Assembly (NCBI GenBank): GCA_951406725.2
Contig: OX597832.1
Span: forward strand, 40,424,001 to 40,488,000
Direction of reading: 5' to 3'
DNA: 64,000 bases
Source: Octopus vulgaris
Taxonomy: Eukaryota
Below are positions 42,036 to 55,585 of this stretch, one piece after another. The notes beneath the pieces are model-generated. The model had not been told where the DNA came from. It searched no databases and saw only the letters and a program-made list of their open reading frames with translations. Numbering within the stretch: position 1 is the first letter of the stretch; every line of letters starts with the position of its first letter. The translations under genes and the position numbers were made by a program.

Positions 42036-43299
42036 TAAAAACGAGTATTTTATAATGAAAATGTTTCTCGTGTACCTTTCAGATTGGGTAATGTTGTTTT
42101 TATTTAGTTAAGAACTACCATGTATATGATATATACGGGTAGATGCCGGGTGTAAGCACCCCCACCCCCAATTTTTTTTTTTTTTCAAAAATTTCTTTGG
42201 ATTCCTATTTTCGATATCGAAAATAACGATTTTGCCGGAAAAAAAAAAAAATCACGTTTTTCTAAATTTTAGTTTCCCCCTCCCCATCACATTTTTTTTT
42301 TTTCAAAAATTTCTTTGGATCCCTATTTTCGATATCGAAGATTACGATTTTGCCGGGGAAAAAAACACCCGTTTTCTAAATTTTAGTTTCCCCCTCGCCA
42401 TCCCTTTTTTTTTTTTTTTTCACCTTTTTTTTTCAAAATTTGTTTTTAATTCACATGGAAAAATACGAATTACGAATCTAGAATTTCCCTTTTTTTTAAT
42501 TTCAAATTTTCTTAGAAAACTTTCTGCGTTTCGAAGAGCCCCAAAGCTCCGGATGTTTGCGGATACATAGAATGTTTTTTTTCCAGAAACAGCAGACGAA
42601 ACAATATCAAGAAATGATGAAATAAAAATGACGGGGTGGTTATGGCCAGCCACACCTTGACCGTCGGTCGGCGGAGTTTCGGATCAGGATACCCATATAA
42701 GTTGGATTTTCTTCGTTTTGACGAGAATTTTTTATTTATTTTTTTAAAAACTTGTTTCAGTCATTTGATTGCGGCCATGCTGGAGCACCGCCTTTACTTA
42801 TTCTATCGGGCTCTTTTGCCGAACCGCTAAGTGACGGGGACGTAAACACACCACCATCGGTTGTCAAGCGGTGTTGGGGGACAAACACAGACACACAAAC
42901 ATATACAAACGCAATCATATACACACACATACATATATATATATATACATATATACGACGGGCTTCTTTCAGTTTCCGTCTACCAAATCCACTCACAAGG
43001 CTTTGGTCGGCCCGAGGCTATAGTAGAAGACACCTGCCCAAGGTGCCACGCAGTGGGACTGAACCCATGTGGTTAGTAAGCAAGCTACTTACCACACAGC
43101 CACTCAAGTTTTGGTTTTTTTTTTTTCATCACGCTTTTGGAGATGAAAAGTTTGGAAATTTTGTGATTTTTTTTTTTTACCTGTATACGTTATACGTTTT
43201 TTACCTGTCGTTTGTTTGTTTACAGATTTTACATTTATTTATTTATGGAACGCAAGCACCCCGACAGTAAGTTTTATATACCCGTGCGACTCTTATTTC

Positions 43300-45035
43300 T
43301 TGCCTTCACTTTTTCTCCTTTTCTCTCTCTCTTACTTCTATTTCTAGCACCACCCGTACCTTCAAATATTTTAGAAAGTAGCACTTTATTGATCTTGAGT
43401 TTTAAAACTTATAATATACCTTTTAGTTCAAAATCAGTGCATAGGTTGCATGCCCTACTAATTTTTCTTTTAGTTAATACTAGGTATCAGTGATTGAAGA
43501 CACAAGCTAATTAAGTAAATTAACAATTTTTAATTTCTTGAATTTTTACATATTTTCTATAAATCTTCTCTATTGAAGTTTCTAAGTTGTATATGTACTT
43601 CATCATGATTTTAGGGATTAAGCTATTTCATATCCTTTTCTAGGGTGTTTCTACTCTACCTTAAATTTTTGTACCCTTATAAATACATACTTAGCTTATA
43701 AAAAACAATATGGATATCTTCACAATTTAAAATATTTAAAAAATTTTTAATTAAACTGCCTAATTTATAATTTAACTAATTTGTAATATATTTGTTCTCT
43801 CACCTAAATGGTATATCTTCCTGATAATCTTAAATTTTAATCTTACTCTTTTACTTGTTTCAGTCATTTGACTGGGGCCATGCTGGAGCACCGCCTTTAG
43901 TCAAGCAAATCGACCCCGGGACTTATTCTTTGTAAGCCCAGTACTTATTCTATCGGTCTCTTTTGCCGAACCGCTAAGTGACGGGGACATAAACACACCA
44001 GCATCGGTTGTCAAGCAATGCTAGGGGGACAAACACAAGCACACACACATACATATATATATATATATCTATACATATATACGACAGGCTTCTTTCAGTT
44101 TCCGTCTACCAAATCCACTCACAAGGCTTTGGTCGGCCCGGGGCTATAGCAGAAGACACTTGCCCAAGATGCCACGCAGTGGGACTGAACCCGGAACCAT
44201 GTGGTTGGTTTGCAAGCTACTTACCACACAGCCACTCCTGCACCTTATACAAACAAAAATTACATATTGTTTAAAATAGTTTTAGTAATTAATTTTTTTT
44301 TATCCCTTTCTTAAAATGTTCCATCCTCTTAATTTTGGTATTTATATTGGCTTTATACAAATAGCCCTTCTAATTAAATACCCCTAAAAAACTGTAATAT
44401 CATTTATGGATTAGCATAAATAACCTCTTAATTTAATATTAATATATGGTTAGCTTGTCCTTTTAACAAGAATTATCTTTTCAACTAATACCAGGTTTCA
44501 GCCCTGATTATAGTAAACTAAATAAGTTAATTAACAATTTTTAGCTCATAAATTATTATACATTTTCTATAAATACTTGCTATTAGAGTTAATAAGGTAT
44601 GAATATTTTATTATTTTTTATGTTTTTTTTAGTGATTAGACTGTTTTTATTCCTTTTCCATGATATTCTACCCTAACTGATCATTTTATTGTTGTTATTA
44701 TTGTTTATTTTTATAGCAGCCTTAAATAAATCGAATCCTTGTACCCCTATTAATTTATGCTCAGCTTATATAAAGTAATACTGGTATCTCCACAACTTAA
44801 AATTAGTTCAAGTTTAATTAAATCACTATATAGTTAACATGTTCTTTAACCTCAGTTGTCCCCCCCCCCCCTTTATTAACTACCAGTTAAATCAATTTGA
44901 ACAATCTCCATAGAAACCATATAATAAGTTAATATTTTAGATAAGTAATAAGTTTATAAATATTAATCTATTTCTTTGCAATTTTCTTTTCCTCCCTCTA
45001 TTGTGGTAAAAATTTGATATATACTCAAAATATTC
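43300..45035 (-). mobile_element. Decayed Penelope-like RT region (with SINE insertion and internal partial duplication)
   Basis: Faint RT motifs in the expected order (NFTTI, YYNQG, SINDITVF resembling YIDD). 43490-43800 resembles 44510-44830. Probably continues at 47020-47460, beyond the RTE. Confidence 0.4.
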
Positions 45036-45039
45036 AAAA

Positions 45040-47020
45040 AAGTGGTATCTTTGAGATGCTTAAAGCATCTGGTGGTGTGGGCTATGGCCTAGTCACCCGC
45101 ATTGTAAACCAGGTAGTTCATAATGGAGTCATACCCAATGACTGGCGTAGCAGCACCATAGTCAACTGCTACAAGGGTAAAGGTGATGCTCTAGATAGAA
45201 ATAACTACAGGGGTATTAAACTGTTGGATCAGGTGATGAAGGTCACAGAGAGGGTCATAGCCCATCTCATTAGGGAGAGAGTCTGCTTAGATGAGATGCA
45301 GTTCGGTTTTGTGCTGGGTAGAAGCACCACTGATGCCATATTCCTGGTTCGACAACTGCAGGAGAAATACCTAGCTAAAGATAACCCCCCCCCCTACATA
45401 GCTTTCGTGGACTTGGAGAAAGCCTTTGACAGGGTCCCTCGATCCCTTATCTGGCAGGCAATGCGGAAACTGGAGATTGACGAATGGTTAATAAGGGCTG
45501 TACAGGCCCTATACAGAGAGGCTGTCAGCAAGGTTAGGATTGGCAATGAGTATAGTGAAGAATTCCGGGTAGAAGTAGGGGTTCACCAAGGTTCAGCCCT
45601 CAGTACCCTTTTATTCATCATAGTCCTCCAGGCAATAACAGAGGAATTGAAGACGGGTTGCCCCTGGGAGCTCCTCTATGCTGATGACCTGGTCCTCATA
45701 GCAGAATCACTACTGGAACTAGAAAAGAAATTTCGGGTGTGGAAGCAAGGGTTAGAATCAAAAGACCTTAGAGTCAATGTAGCAAAGACCAAGGTTCTAG
45801 TAAGTAGGAAGGCAAACACACCACACACACCCTCAGGTAGGTGGCCCTGCTCAATTTGTTGAAAAGGTGTAGGTAGAAACTCCATAAGACGTACCCAGTG
45901 TAAGCTATGGACACATAAGAGGTGCAGCAACATCAAAGGAAAATTAACCGAGAAGATAGCTTTTGTGTGCGGAAGATGCACAGGGGCAATAGACACCACA
46001 GATACTCAGAAAACAGATTCCATTACACTCCTGGGGGAGAAACTAGAAGTAGTTGATAGTTTCCGCTACCTAGGTGACCAAGTTAGTAGTGGGGGCAGAT
46101 GCTCAGAGAGTGTTACCACTAGAATAAGCTTGGGCAAAGTTTAGAAAGCTCCTACCCCTACTGGTGACAAAGGGTCTCTCGCACAGAGTGAAAGGTAGAT
46201 TGTACGACGCATGTATGCGAACTGCCATGCTTCACAGTAGTGAAACATGGGCTGTGACTGCAGGGGACATGCGTAGGCTTGAAAGTAATGAAGCTAACAT
46301 GATCCGCTGGATGTGAAATGTCAGTGTGCATACACGACAGGGTGTAAGTGCCCTGAAAGAAATACTGGACATAAGAAGCATTGGATGTGGCGTGCAAGAG
46401 AGACGTCTGCGCTGGTATGGTCATGTACTATGGATGGCTGAGGAGAGATGTGTGAAGAAGTGCCACTCCCAAACAGTTGAAGGAATCCAGAGTAGAGGTA
46501 GACACAGGAAGACACGGGATGAGGTGGTCAAGCATGACCTTCGAATGTTGGGTCTCACAGAGGCAATGACGAAAGACCAAGACTTCTGGAGATATGCTGT
46601 GACTGCGAAGACCTGACAAATAATGTGAGTTCATGGCTGTTTCCTGCATCAGCTTCACATAACCAGCCCCAGCCCATCCAAAGTGCCTTGGATCACAGGA
46701 TGGCCTGCTGTGCTTGAGGAGACCTATTGAGTCAAGTACATCAACATCAAAATAAATATCAAATGGAAATTGTAGTTGTGATACCTGTGCCGGTGGCACG
46801 TAAAAAGCACCACCCGTATGTGGCCAATGCCAGCACCGCCTTGACTGGCTTCCATGCTGGTGGCACATAAAAAGCATCAACCAATCATGGCCGTTGCCAG
46901 CCTCGCCTGGCACCTGTACCGGTGGCATGTAAAACGTACCCTCTACACTCACGGAGTGGTTGGCGTTATGAAGGGCATCAAGCTGTAGAAACACTGCCAG
47001 ATCAGACTGGAGCCTGGTGC
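45040..47020 (+). mobile_element. 5'-truncated RTE-clade LINE (RT domain, Cys-rich insert, 3' UTR)
   Basis: YKGKGD..NYRGIKLL, QFGF..GRSTTDAIF, FVDLEKAFDRV, GVHQGSALS, LLYADDLVL and RLRWYGHV motifs, with several stops and frameshifts. Confidence 0.95.
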
Positions 47021-47590
47021 AATAAAGGTAGAATGAGGTATATTTATCTATTGGCTGAAACAGCTGTAAGTTATTTTACCAATTTATATTCATGTTTTTT
47101 ATAATAATTACTGGTATCCTTATATATTACTATATCTTATATCTTATATGTAAAGAATAATATGCTCTATGTATGTATGTTATTGTAATTATCAGTTTAG
47201 TAAATAAATATAAAGTTAACATAATTTAATGTCTAAAAGTTGATGAACCTCCCATTGTTCTCCTCCATTGTCTTATTTGCTATATAAATTAATGGTTAAA
47301 TATCTCTTTACCTTCACCCATTTAGTACACTTGATAAGTTTATTGCGTTGCAATAAAAAACACTTGTGTATTAATAATTGGGTATTCTACCAACAGTATA
47401 TTGGATAGATATTATCCCTTAGTGGGTTGGATTCACAACCCCTAACTTTCTTGGAGTTATCTATAGATATATATATATATATGTGTGTGTGTGTAGACAT
47501 AAATATACATATTTATATATATACATGACATATATTATCATATATCTATATCTATATATATATATGACATATATATATGTGTGTGTGTGT

Positions 47591-47637
<47 letters not shown>

Positions 47638-48380
47638 GACATATATTGTCATATATTTATATATATATGACATATATATATGATAAATATAAATATATAT
47701 GTGACATAATTTGATCACTATTTCAGAAAACTATCACCCTTCTCTTTGAGGATATTAATGACTAAGCCATGATAAGGTAAATTTGCCACTTCAATTCTTC
47801 AGAGAACAGACTCATTACACATCAATATCCATTCCCAGAAAGATGAGAATACAAAAATAAAGAGGATCGGGGGAAAACGACACGATACGAAATTAACAAA
47901 ACTTGACAAAATAAAGAAGAAACTCAACATAAAATATTTCCTATAGCTCCTCGATCTGCTTGGCTGCGCTCTTCGGGATTATATTTTACACAGCGTGCAG
48001 TTAAAGAGAAGAAATTATTAAAATCAGTCACTATTCATTTTATCCCATTTTGGACATTATTTTTTTAAAACTTGAAAGTTATCAAATTAAACATCAGTAT
48101 GGGAAGTAGTTGAGTTTGAATCCAGCAGAGAAGAAGAATATTATCCGGGTATTGTATTAGCAGCCTTAATTACAATAGGGTCAAAAGTTTAAAGAAATTT
48201 TTTTGAAAAAAAAGTACCTGTCACCAGACTGTTTCCAACTCTCTCAACTTCAACAGCAACTGTGCTAACTAATTCTTATCCCTAAAGATTATGCAACAGT
48301 ACAAAATAATTATGCAATGTAATGATTTCGAACAGGTTGGGAGAAAATAACGAAAAATCGGGAGTTACTTATTTTGCCCC

Positions 48381-48511
<131 letters not shown>

Positions 48512-48561
48512 ATACATATACATATATATATATATATACATATATATACATATATATATAC

Positions 48562-48624
<63 letters not shown>

Positions 48625-48625
<1 letters not shown>

Positions 48626-49470
48626 TAGCAGAATTGCCCGGCGTTGCTCGGGGCTGAATTGCTTGAAAGTACTGTTAATGATTGCACTGAATTATGATGA
48701 TTATTCAGGCAAATATTGAAATAAGCTTACGGTGGGAGATAAGGACTTAACGCCAAACGTGTGCCATTGCATTGTTTTGGGGGAACCAAATTTCTGATGA
48801 GCATTATAGGGGCACTAACTTTAAGTTTGAGAAAGTGTGATGGTAGTCCGGGGTGCTCAAAGGAATTGAGTACCTCTATTGGATAGTTGATGATGTCCTC
48901 TGGGTCAGGAGTTGTATCGATAGAGTGATATACATCGACTTCCCCAGGAATGAGTTTTAGCATTTCATCATTAATATGGTGAACAGTTTTATTCCTCGGG
49001 GCCAGTATAGCCTTTTTGCCAATCCAATCCATATTCTGATAATTAGCTTGTAAATCTGGGAACACTGCATCTCTGAGATCAGAAGGCGTCTTAACAATGG
49101 TACAAATGGAATCGATGGCAATATTACCATTTTCATCCCCTGGTATTTTGCCTTCGCCAAGTGCAAGGAGGGTGTGAGGAAATGCTGGTGATGTGATATT
49201 ACGTCGCATATGAGCACGCATATTGGTGTGAAGTTTGAGAGTTACTTCCGTTTATTTTTTAAAATATGCATTAAAATGGAAAAAAATGATGGTAAATTAT
49301 TTGTAAAATCATAGACTCATCGTAGACGCGCGCTAATACCCAGAAGGGCTCGATATGAATCACGACTATAAGATACCCGGTTTTGGTTAAACTGCATCGC
49401 AAAATGTGGGAGTAGTTAGGAATCTGAATCGGAGTAGACAGACACACAACCTTTCTTTTATATATAAACA
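48625..49470 (-). mobile_element. Helitron deletion derivative carrying a Pif1 helicase fragment
   Basis: KAILAPRNKTV..IN, YHSIDT, YPIEVLNS...GLPSHFLKLKVSAPIMLIRNL...CNGTRL. CTAG 3' end at 48625; 5' part shared with 56955-57160. Confidence 0.9.
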
Positions 49471-49835
49471 CATACATACACACACACACACACATACATG
49501 CATACATAGATATACACATAAACCGAGTAAAAATTTCAGTTATCTCTCTCTTTCACACATTACTCTCTCTGTCTCTTCACACACACTAACAGAAGCACTT
49601 CACTTACACAACATACTGTCTGTCTCCCACACTCCATCAAACACACACACACACACACATGTACATCAATGAGTCCCATGCACGGTAACTTCAAAGGAAC
49701 TTCCCTCGTCATACAATCGCTTTCTCTTTGTCTCTTTCGCTCTCATTACTTATGTAAAAAAATAAAAGTTTTTTCTATGTGTGTAAAGAGGAAGTGGGAG
49801 GCAGAGTGAAAGAATCACTCACTACAGTAAGTGAA

Positions 49836-50382
49836 TTACTTTCATTTTATTCCTTGCCCACTGTGTGTGTGCGTTTGCGTGTGCTGTAAACCAGACTAAG
49901 AAAAGCATTTGACACACACACCAGAATGTGAGTTTTCTGTAAATTTTGCTTAATTGGAGTTTAAATTTTAAAAACTGGACCTGGCATGACGCGATGCATT
50001 GTACTCTCAAAACTGCTAGGTAAATTGTAATTGAAGAAATCCTATATTGTAGATTTGTATAACTCCCAAAGGGAGGCAGATAAAATCTGCCTTTTATAAT
50101 AAGAGATATATCTCTTATTATAAAAAGGCAGATTTTATCTGCCTCCCTTTGGGAGTTATACAAATCTACGATATAGGATTTCTTCAATTACAATTTACCT
50201 GGCATTTTTAAGAGTACAATGCATCGCGTCATGCCAGGTCCAGTTTTTAAAATTTAAACTCCAATTAAGCAAAATTTACAGAAAACTCACATTCTGGTGT
50301 GTGTGTCAAATGCTTTTCTTAGTCTGGTTTACACCACACGCAAACGCACACACACAGTGGGCAACGAATAAAATGAAAGTAA
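49836..50382. repeat. ~550-bp palindrome of two Helitron-like 5' ends
   Basis: Arms 49836-50106 and 50111-50382 are reverse complements with few mismatches; each begins TCTCTTATTATAAAAGGCAG at the centre. Confidence 0.9.
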
Positions 50383-50556
50383 ATAGCGACAGTGATTTGA
50401 GGAAGACTAAAGTGAAAGTATTCTGTCTATGACGCTGATAGATAGATGAGTAAAATGTATGGGAAGCTAAGAGCTAAGAGTGAGTGAAAATGTTCTTGGA
50501 AGAGAGTAATTAGTAATAAAGTAAACATACACTCATACATACATACATACATACAT

Positions 50557-50593
<37 letters not shown>

Positions 50594-50894
50594 TACACAC
50601 ACACATACATACACACACACATACATACACACATACATACATACATACATATACATACATACATACATATACATACATACATACACACACACACATACAC
50701 ACACACACAGTATTGAAGCTTGAGAACAATCAGATACATTTGCAACACATCTGTTGAAAATATTATTGTTCACACACATACATATACATATATACATACA
50801 GACAGACAGACAGATAGACACACACACACACACAAACACACACATGATCCAGCATGGCCACAACCTCAAGGCTGAAACATATAAAAGAATAACA

Positions 50895-51262
50895 GAATAT
50901 AAATGTGTGCAAAGTACAAGAAATATTAATGCAGTATATGGGGATTGGACAATAAGCGTAAGGCAGTGTCAATGGTGGTTCCAGAAATCCCGAGCCATAA
51001 ACTACAGCCTAGAAGACGAGCCTCATCCTGAAAGATCTGTAGAACTCGACAAGGACATCCTGAAAACCCTGGTGGAACAAAATATCATCGTAACTGTTGA
51101 GGAACTAGCAGAGAAGCTTGGATTTGGTCATTCAACCATTCATTGAGACCTGTGTGCTATCGGAAAAGTCAGCAAATTGGGTCAATGGGTTCCTCACGAA
51201 CTTTCCGAGTCTAATTGCATGCAGAGAGTGAATGTATGCTTTTCTTTGCTGTCACATCTCAC
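50895..51262 (+). mobile_element. Mariner transposase fragment, same family as 14254-15490
   Basis: INAVYG...RQCQWWFQK...LEDEPHPERS...VTVEELAEKLGFGHSTIH, WVPHEL. Confidence 0.9.
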
Positions 51263-51281
51263 CACTACTGCGCTATGTATA

Positions 51282-51915
51282 TCTATATATATAAAACTGT
51301 AGTTGTGTGAGTGTCTGTCCCCTTCGATTTAGATTCCTAACTACTCCCACATTTTGCGGTGCAGTTTAACCAAATTCGGGTAGCTTATAGTCGTGATTCA
51401 TATCGAGCCCGTCTGAGTATTAGCGCGCGTCTACGATGAGTCTACGATTTTAAAAATAATTTAACATCATTTTTTATTCCATTTTAATGCATAATTTTTC
51501 GTGTGTCGATGGCGGTGGAGTTGGCGTCCACGCTCACACCTGCACCTGTGGGGAAGGGAGTGTAAGGAAATCAACGTCGTAATGCGTTGTCAAGGAGACC
51601 AGTGTTCTTTTAGAACAACGACTTCATGGCTTGAAGACACCAAAACAGAAATGGCTAAGAAAGCGTCTACATGAGTCTACGATTTAAAAAAAAATTTACC
51701 ATCGTTTTTTTCCATTTTAATGCATTTTTTCGCTATTATATAAGGGAAGTAACTCTCTAAAAATGTCTACGATGAGTCAACGATTTAAAAAAAATTTACC
51801 ATCATATTTTTTCCATTTTTAATGCATTTTTTGCTATTTTTTGGCTATAACTCTCTAAAAATGCTTATATAGTTATTTCCTTACAAACCCGAGCAACGCC
51901 GGGCAATACTGCTAG
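51282..51915 (+). mobile_element. Non-autonomous Helitron
   Basis: A|TCTATATATATAAAACT...gagcaacgccgggcaatactgCTAG|T, with three internal copies of the ctacgattt...ccattttaatgc module. Confidence 0.9.
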
Positions 51916-51923
51916 TATACATA

Positions 51924-51959
<36 letters not shown>

Positions 51960-51986
51960 CATATATACATATATATATATACATAT

Positions 51987-52084
<98 letters not shown>

Positions 52085-54233
52085 GCGCAGGAGTGGTTGT
52101 GTGGTAAGTGGCTTGCTAACCACCCACATGGTTCCGGGTTCAGTCCCACTGCGTGGCATCTTGGGCAAATGTCTTCTGCTATAGCCCCGGGCCGACCAAT
52201 GCCTTGTGAGTGGATTTGGTTGACGGAAACTGAAAGAAGCCTGTCGTATATATGTATGTGTGTGTGTCTGTGTTTGCTTGACAACCGATGCTGGTGTGTT
52301 TACGTGCCTGTCACTTAGCGGCTCGGCAAAAAGAGACCGATAGAATAAGTACTGAGCTTACAAAAAGAATAAGTCCCGGGGTCGAGTTGCTCGACTAAAG
52401 GCGGTGCTCCAGCATGGCCGCAGTCAAATGACTGAAACAAATAAAAGAGTATATATATATATTTATATATATGCACACACAGACACGCACACACAAAAGC
52501 ACATTTTTGAGTTTGATAAGACCCTAAATGTCGGTGGACACACTTATGGGTATTCTTTCGACAAAATCAAAACATTTCACTTCCGAGTATTTCCGTGGAA
52601 GCAAATGACAGTTCGATTCTGTTTTCTGCTTGGAAATTCGCGGATTTTACACACACACAGTTTAAAATGAGACATTACTGGCATAATTTCGTTGCATCTA
52701 TTATACTCCACAACCCACGGAAATACCCGAAGTGGAATGTTTTGATTTTGTCGAGTTATATCGAAGGAATGCCCACTTATGTATACCCCGACATAATCAG
52801 AATCTACACCATCCGAAGCGCATTTGTAGAAAATTTCAATAAGAAATATCATTTTTCCTGGAAGTTATGAGGCAACATAAGTCTTGTGTATGTATGCCCC
52901 TAGGTTGCTTACATGTTGGGAAATATGGGTTCCATAACCTATTTCTTTACTATCCACAAGGGACCAAACACAGAGGGGACAGACACACGGATTAAGTTGA
53001 TTAAATAAGTACCAGTGCGTAGCTGGTACTTATTTAATCGACTCCGAAAGGATGAAAGGCAAAGTCGACCTCGGGGGAATTTGAACTCAGAACGCCAACA
53101 GCAACCCTTGAACTAATTAACTGTTTTGTAAGTTTTATTTTCTCGAGTGAGTTCGGTAGTGTCTTTTTTTTATCCCCCATCAATTCCATCCGCGGCATAA
53201 ACAGCTGTTGGCAGAGGTTTTGAAATAGTACCCATACCTCATAAGCAAGGGGGAAAAACAAAGTTTATCCCGTCCCTTTGTTAATCTTCCAGTATTTCAC
53301 ACAATGGAAATTACGATTTCGAATAAAATGCGTTCCCAAAATTTCAATTACACACACTTTTGCTCCAAACTCGCACACATACACACTCACATCTGTACTC
53401 ATTTCTTTTCTTATGAAGTATGGGACTTCGAAGGACAGTTATTCCAAAATCTCCGGCCCAATTGTTTCGGGTAATTGTTTCTGCTGCTCACTCTGCGCCG
53501 CGTTGTAAGTTCGTTGTTTTAACTTCATGGCGGCTCTGACCGAGTAAATAATCTATGATAAAAAATACAATCTATGACCATTCTGTCTTAAATATATTTC
53601 GAAATACACGGTCCAATGTACCGTTCGTTTCATAAGACGATAGCGTTATGATATGCGAGAAATTTGGCGGTTATTTCTAGCAGATCGAGCGATCACAGAG
53701 ACACTATCGGTGTCGCATTCCTGCTAATATATATATATATAAACTTAGCAATATTACATTTCTAAATCTCTCAGCTATATATATATATATATATATATAC
53801 ATACATACATACACACGCACAAACACACATACATACATACAACGCAGATGCATGTGGGGCACCTGTTCGTGTCCATTGTCCATCATCGTGTTTATTTCTG
53901 TTTGGCACGGCTGTGTCTTTGCATTGTGAGGTTGCATGGACTGTTGTTTTGTGTATGTTAGTGTACTTTGCGTGTGTGGAGAGAGAGAGAGAAAGAGAAT
54001 GATGAAGGTGTATGTGTCGTCATTGCGTATTTTAAATATGTGTCGTGTTTGTATTTAAAAGAAGTTTTCATCTGAAAAATATGTCTCGGTACTTATATAC
54101 TTTATATTTTTCTAGTTAGAAAAGTTAATTTCAAACTATATCTTACCTGGAACTTTGATAACCATCTCAGAATTCTCGAATGAGTGAGTTTGGTAACATT
54201 GCCAAGAACTTGAGATACACTTTGTTTTTATTC

Positions 54234-54268
<35 letters not shown>

Positions 54269-54747
54269 ACGTATGTATGTATTAAACTGTTTCTTAATAC
54301 CAACTGCTCACCTAATCTCGTGTAATTTTGGATCCGTTTACACAAACTTGCTATTTCCTTTATTACAGTCACAATATTGTTTCAGTCTTTGTAAGTCCTC
54401 GAGTCAATTCGTTCGTCTAAAACCCTCGAAGGCGGTGCCCCTGCCTGACCCCAGTCAAACAGCTGAAACAAGTTTTTAAAGATAAAGGATAAAAAAAAAA
54501 AAAAGGATACCGTTGGATAATATCGTGTGGTATTTGTTTTCATACAGACGAGTTTTACACAAAGTAACAGCCTTTATAACCCAAAACATTTACATAAAGC
54601 CTACAAAATTGCCTGAACAAGTTTATTGCATTCGATTTCTGAGTGAGTACACACAGACACACATTCATGTGTGTGTGCGCGCGTAGATTAAAAGTCGTTG
54701 AAAATACAGCATACAATGAATACTTTGTGTCATTTGTTCTAACACAA

Positions 54748-55585
54748 CTACTTCTTTACTACCCACAAGGGGCTAAACACAGGGAGGACAGACAAACGGA
54801 TTAAGTCGATTACATCGACGCCAGTGCGTAACTGGTACTTATTTAAAGGCGGCGAGCTGGCAGAAACGTTAGCACGTCGGGCGAAATGCGTAGCCGTATT
54901 TCGTCTGTCGTTACGTTGTGGGTTCAAATTCCGCCGAGGTCGACTTTGCCTTTCATCCTTTCGGGGTCGATAAATTAAGTACCAGTTACGCACTGGGGTC
55001 GATGTAATCGACTTAATACCTATGTCTGTCCTTGTTTGTCCCCTTTATGTTTAGCCCCTTGTGGGTAATAAAGAAATAGAAATAGGTATTTCGTCTGCGT
55101 TACGTTGTGAGTTCAAATTACGCCGAGGTCGACTTTGCCTTTCATCCTTTCGGGGTCGATAAATTAAGTACCAGTTACGCACTGGGTCGATGTAAACGAC
55201 TTAATACCTATGTCTGTCCTTGTTTGTCCCCTCTGTGTTTAGCCCCTTGTGGGTAATAAAGAAATAGGTACTTATTTAATCGACCCCGAAAGGATGAAAG
55301 GCAAAGTCGACCCCGGCGGAATTTGAACTCAGAACGTAACGGCAGACGAAATACCTATTTCTTTACTACCCACAAGGGGCCAAACACAGAGGGGACAAAC
55401 AAGGACAGACAAACGGATTAAGTCGATTACATCGACCCCAGTGCGTAACTGGTACTTATTTAATCGACCCCGAAAGGATGAAAGGCAAAGTCAACCTCGG
55501 CGGAATTCGAACTCAGAACGTAACGGCAGACGAAATACGGCTAAGCATTTCGCCCGGCGTGCTAACGATTCTGCCAGCTCGCCGC
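54748..55585. mobile_element. Nested Nin-like SINE cluster
   Basis: A plus-strand dimer (54847-55266) is inserted into a minus-strand dimer, with 13-bp TSD ggtacttatttaa. Confidence 0.85.

Noticed and set aside
47832-47840. STAT-type TTCNNNGAA sites (also 5387-5395 and about 52855) as feedback elements
   Set aside because: Several such motifs are expected by chance in 64 kb of AT-rich DNA; no clustering or conservation evidence.
53460-53550. CpG-containing segment with ATGGCGGCT and a gtaagt, as a possible divergent gene start
   Set aside because: The frame closes after six codons and no downstream plus-strand exons could be identified.
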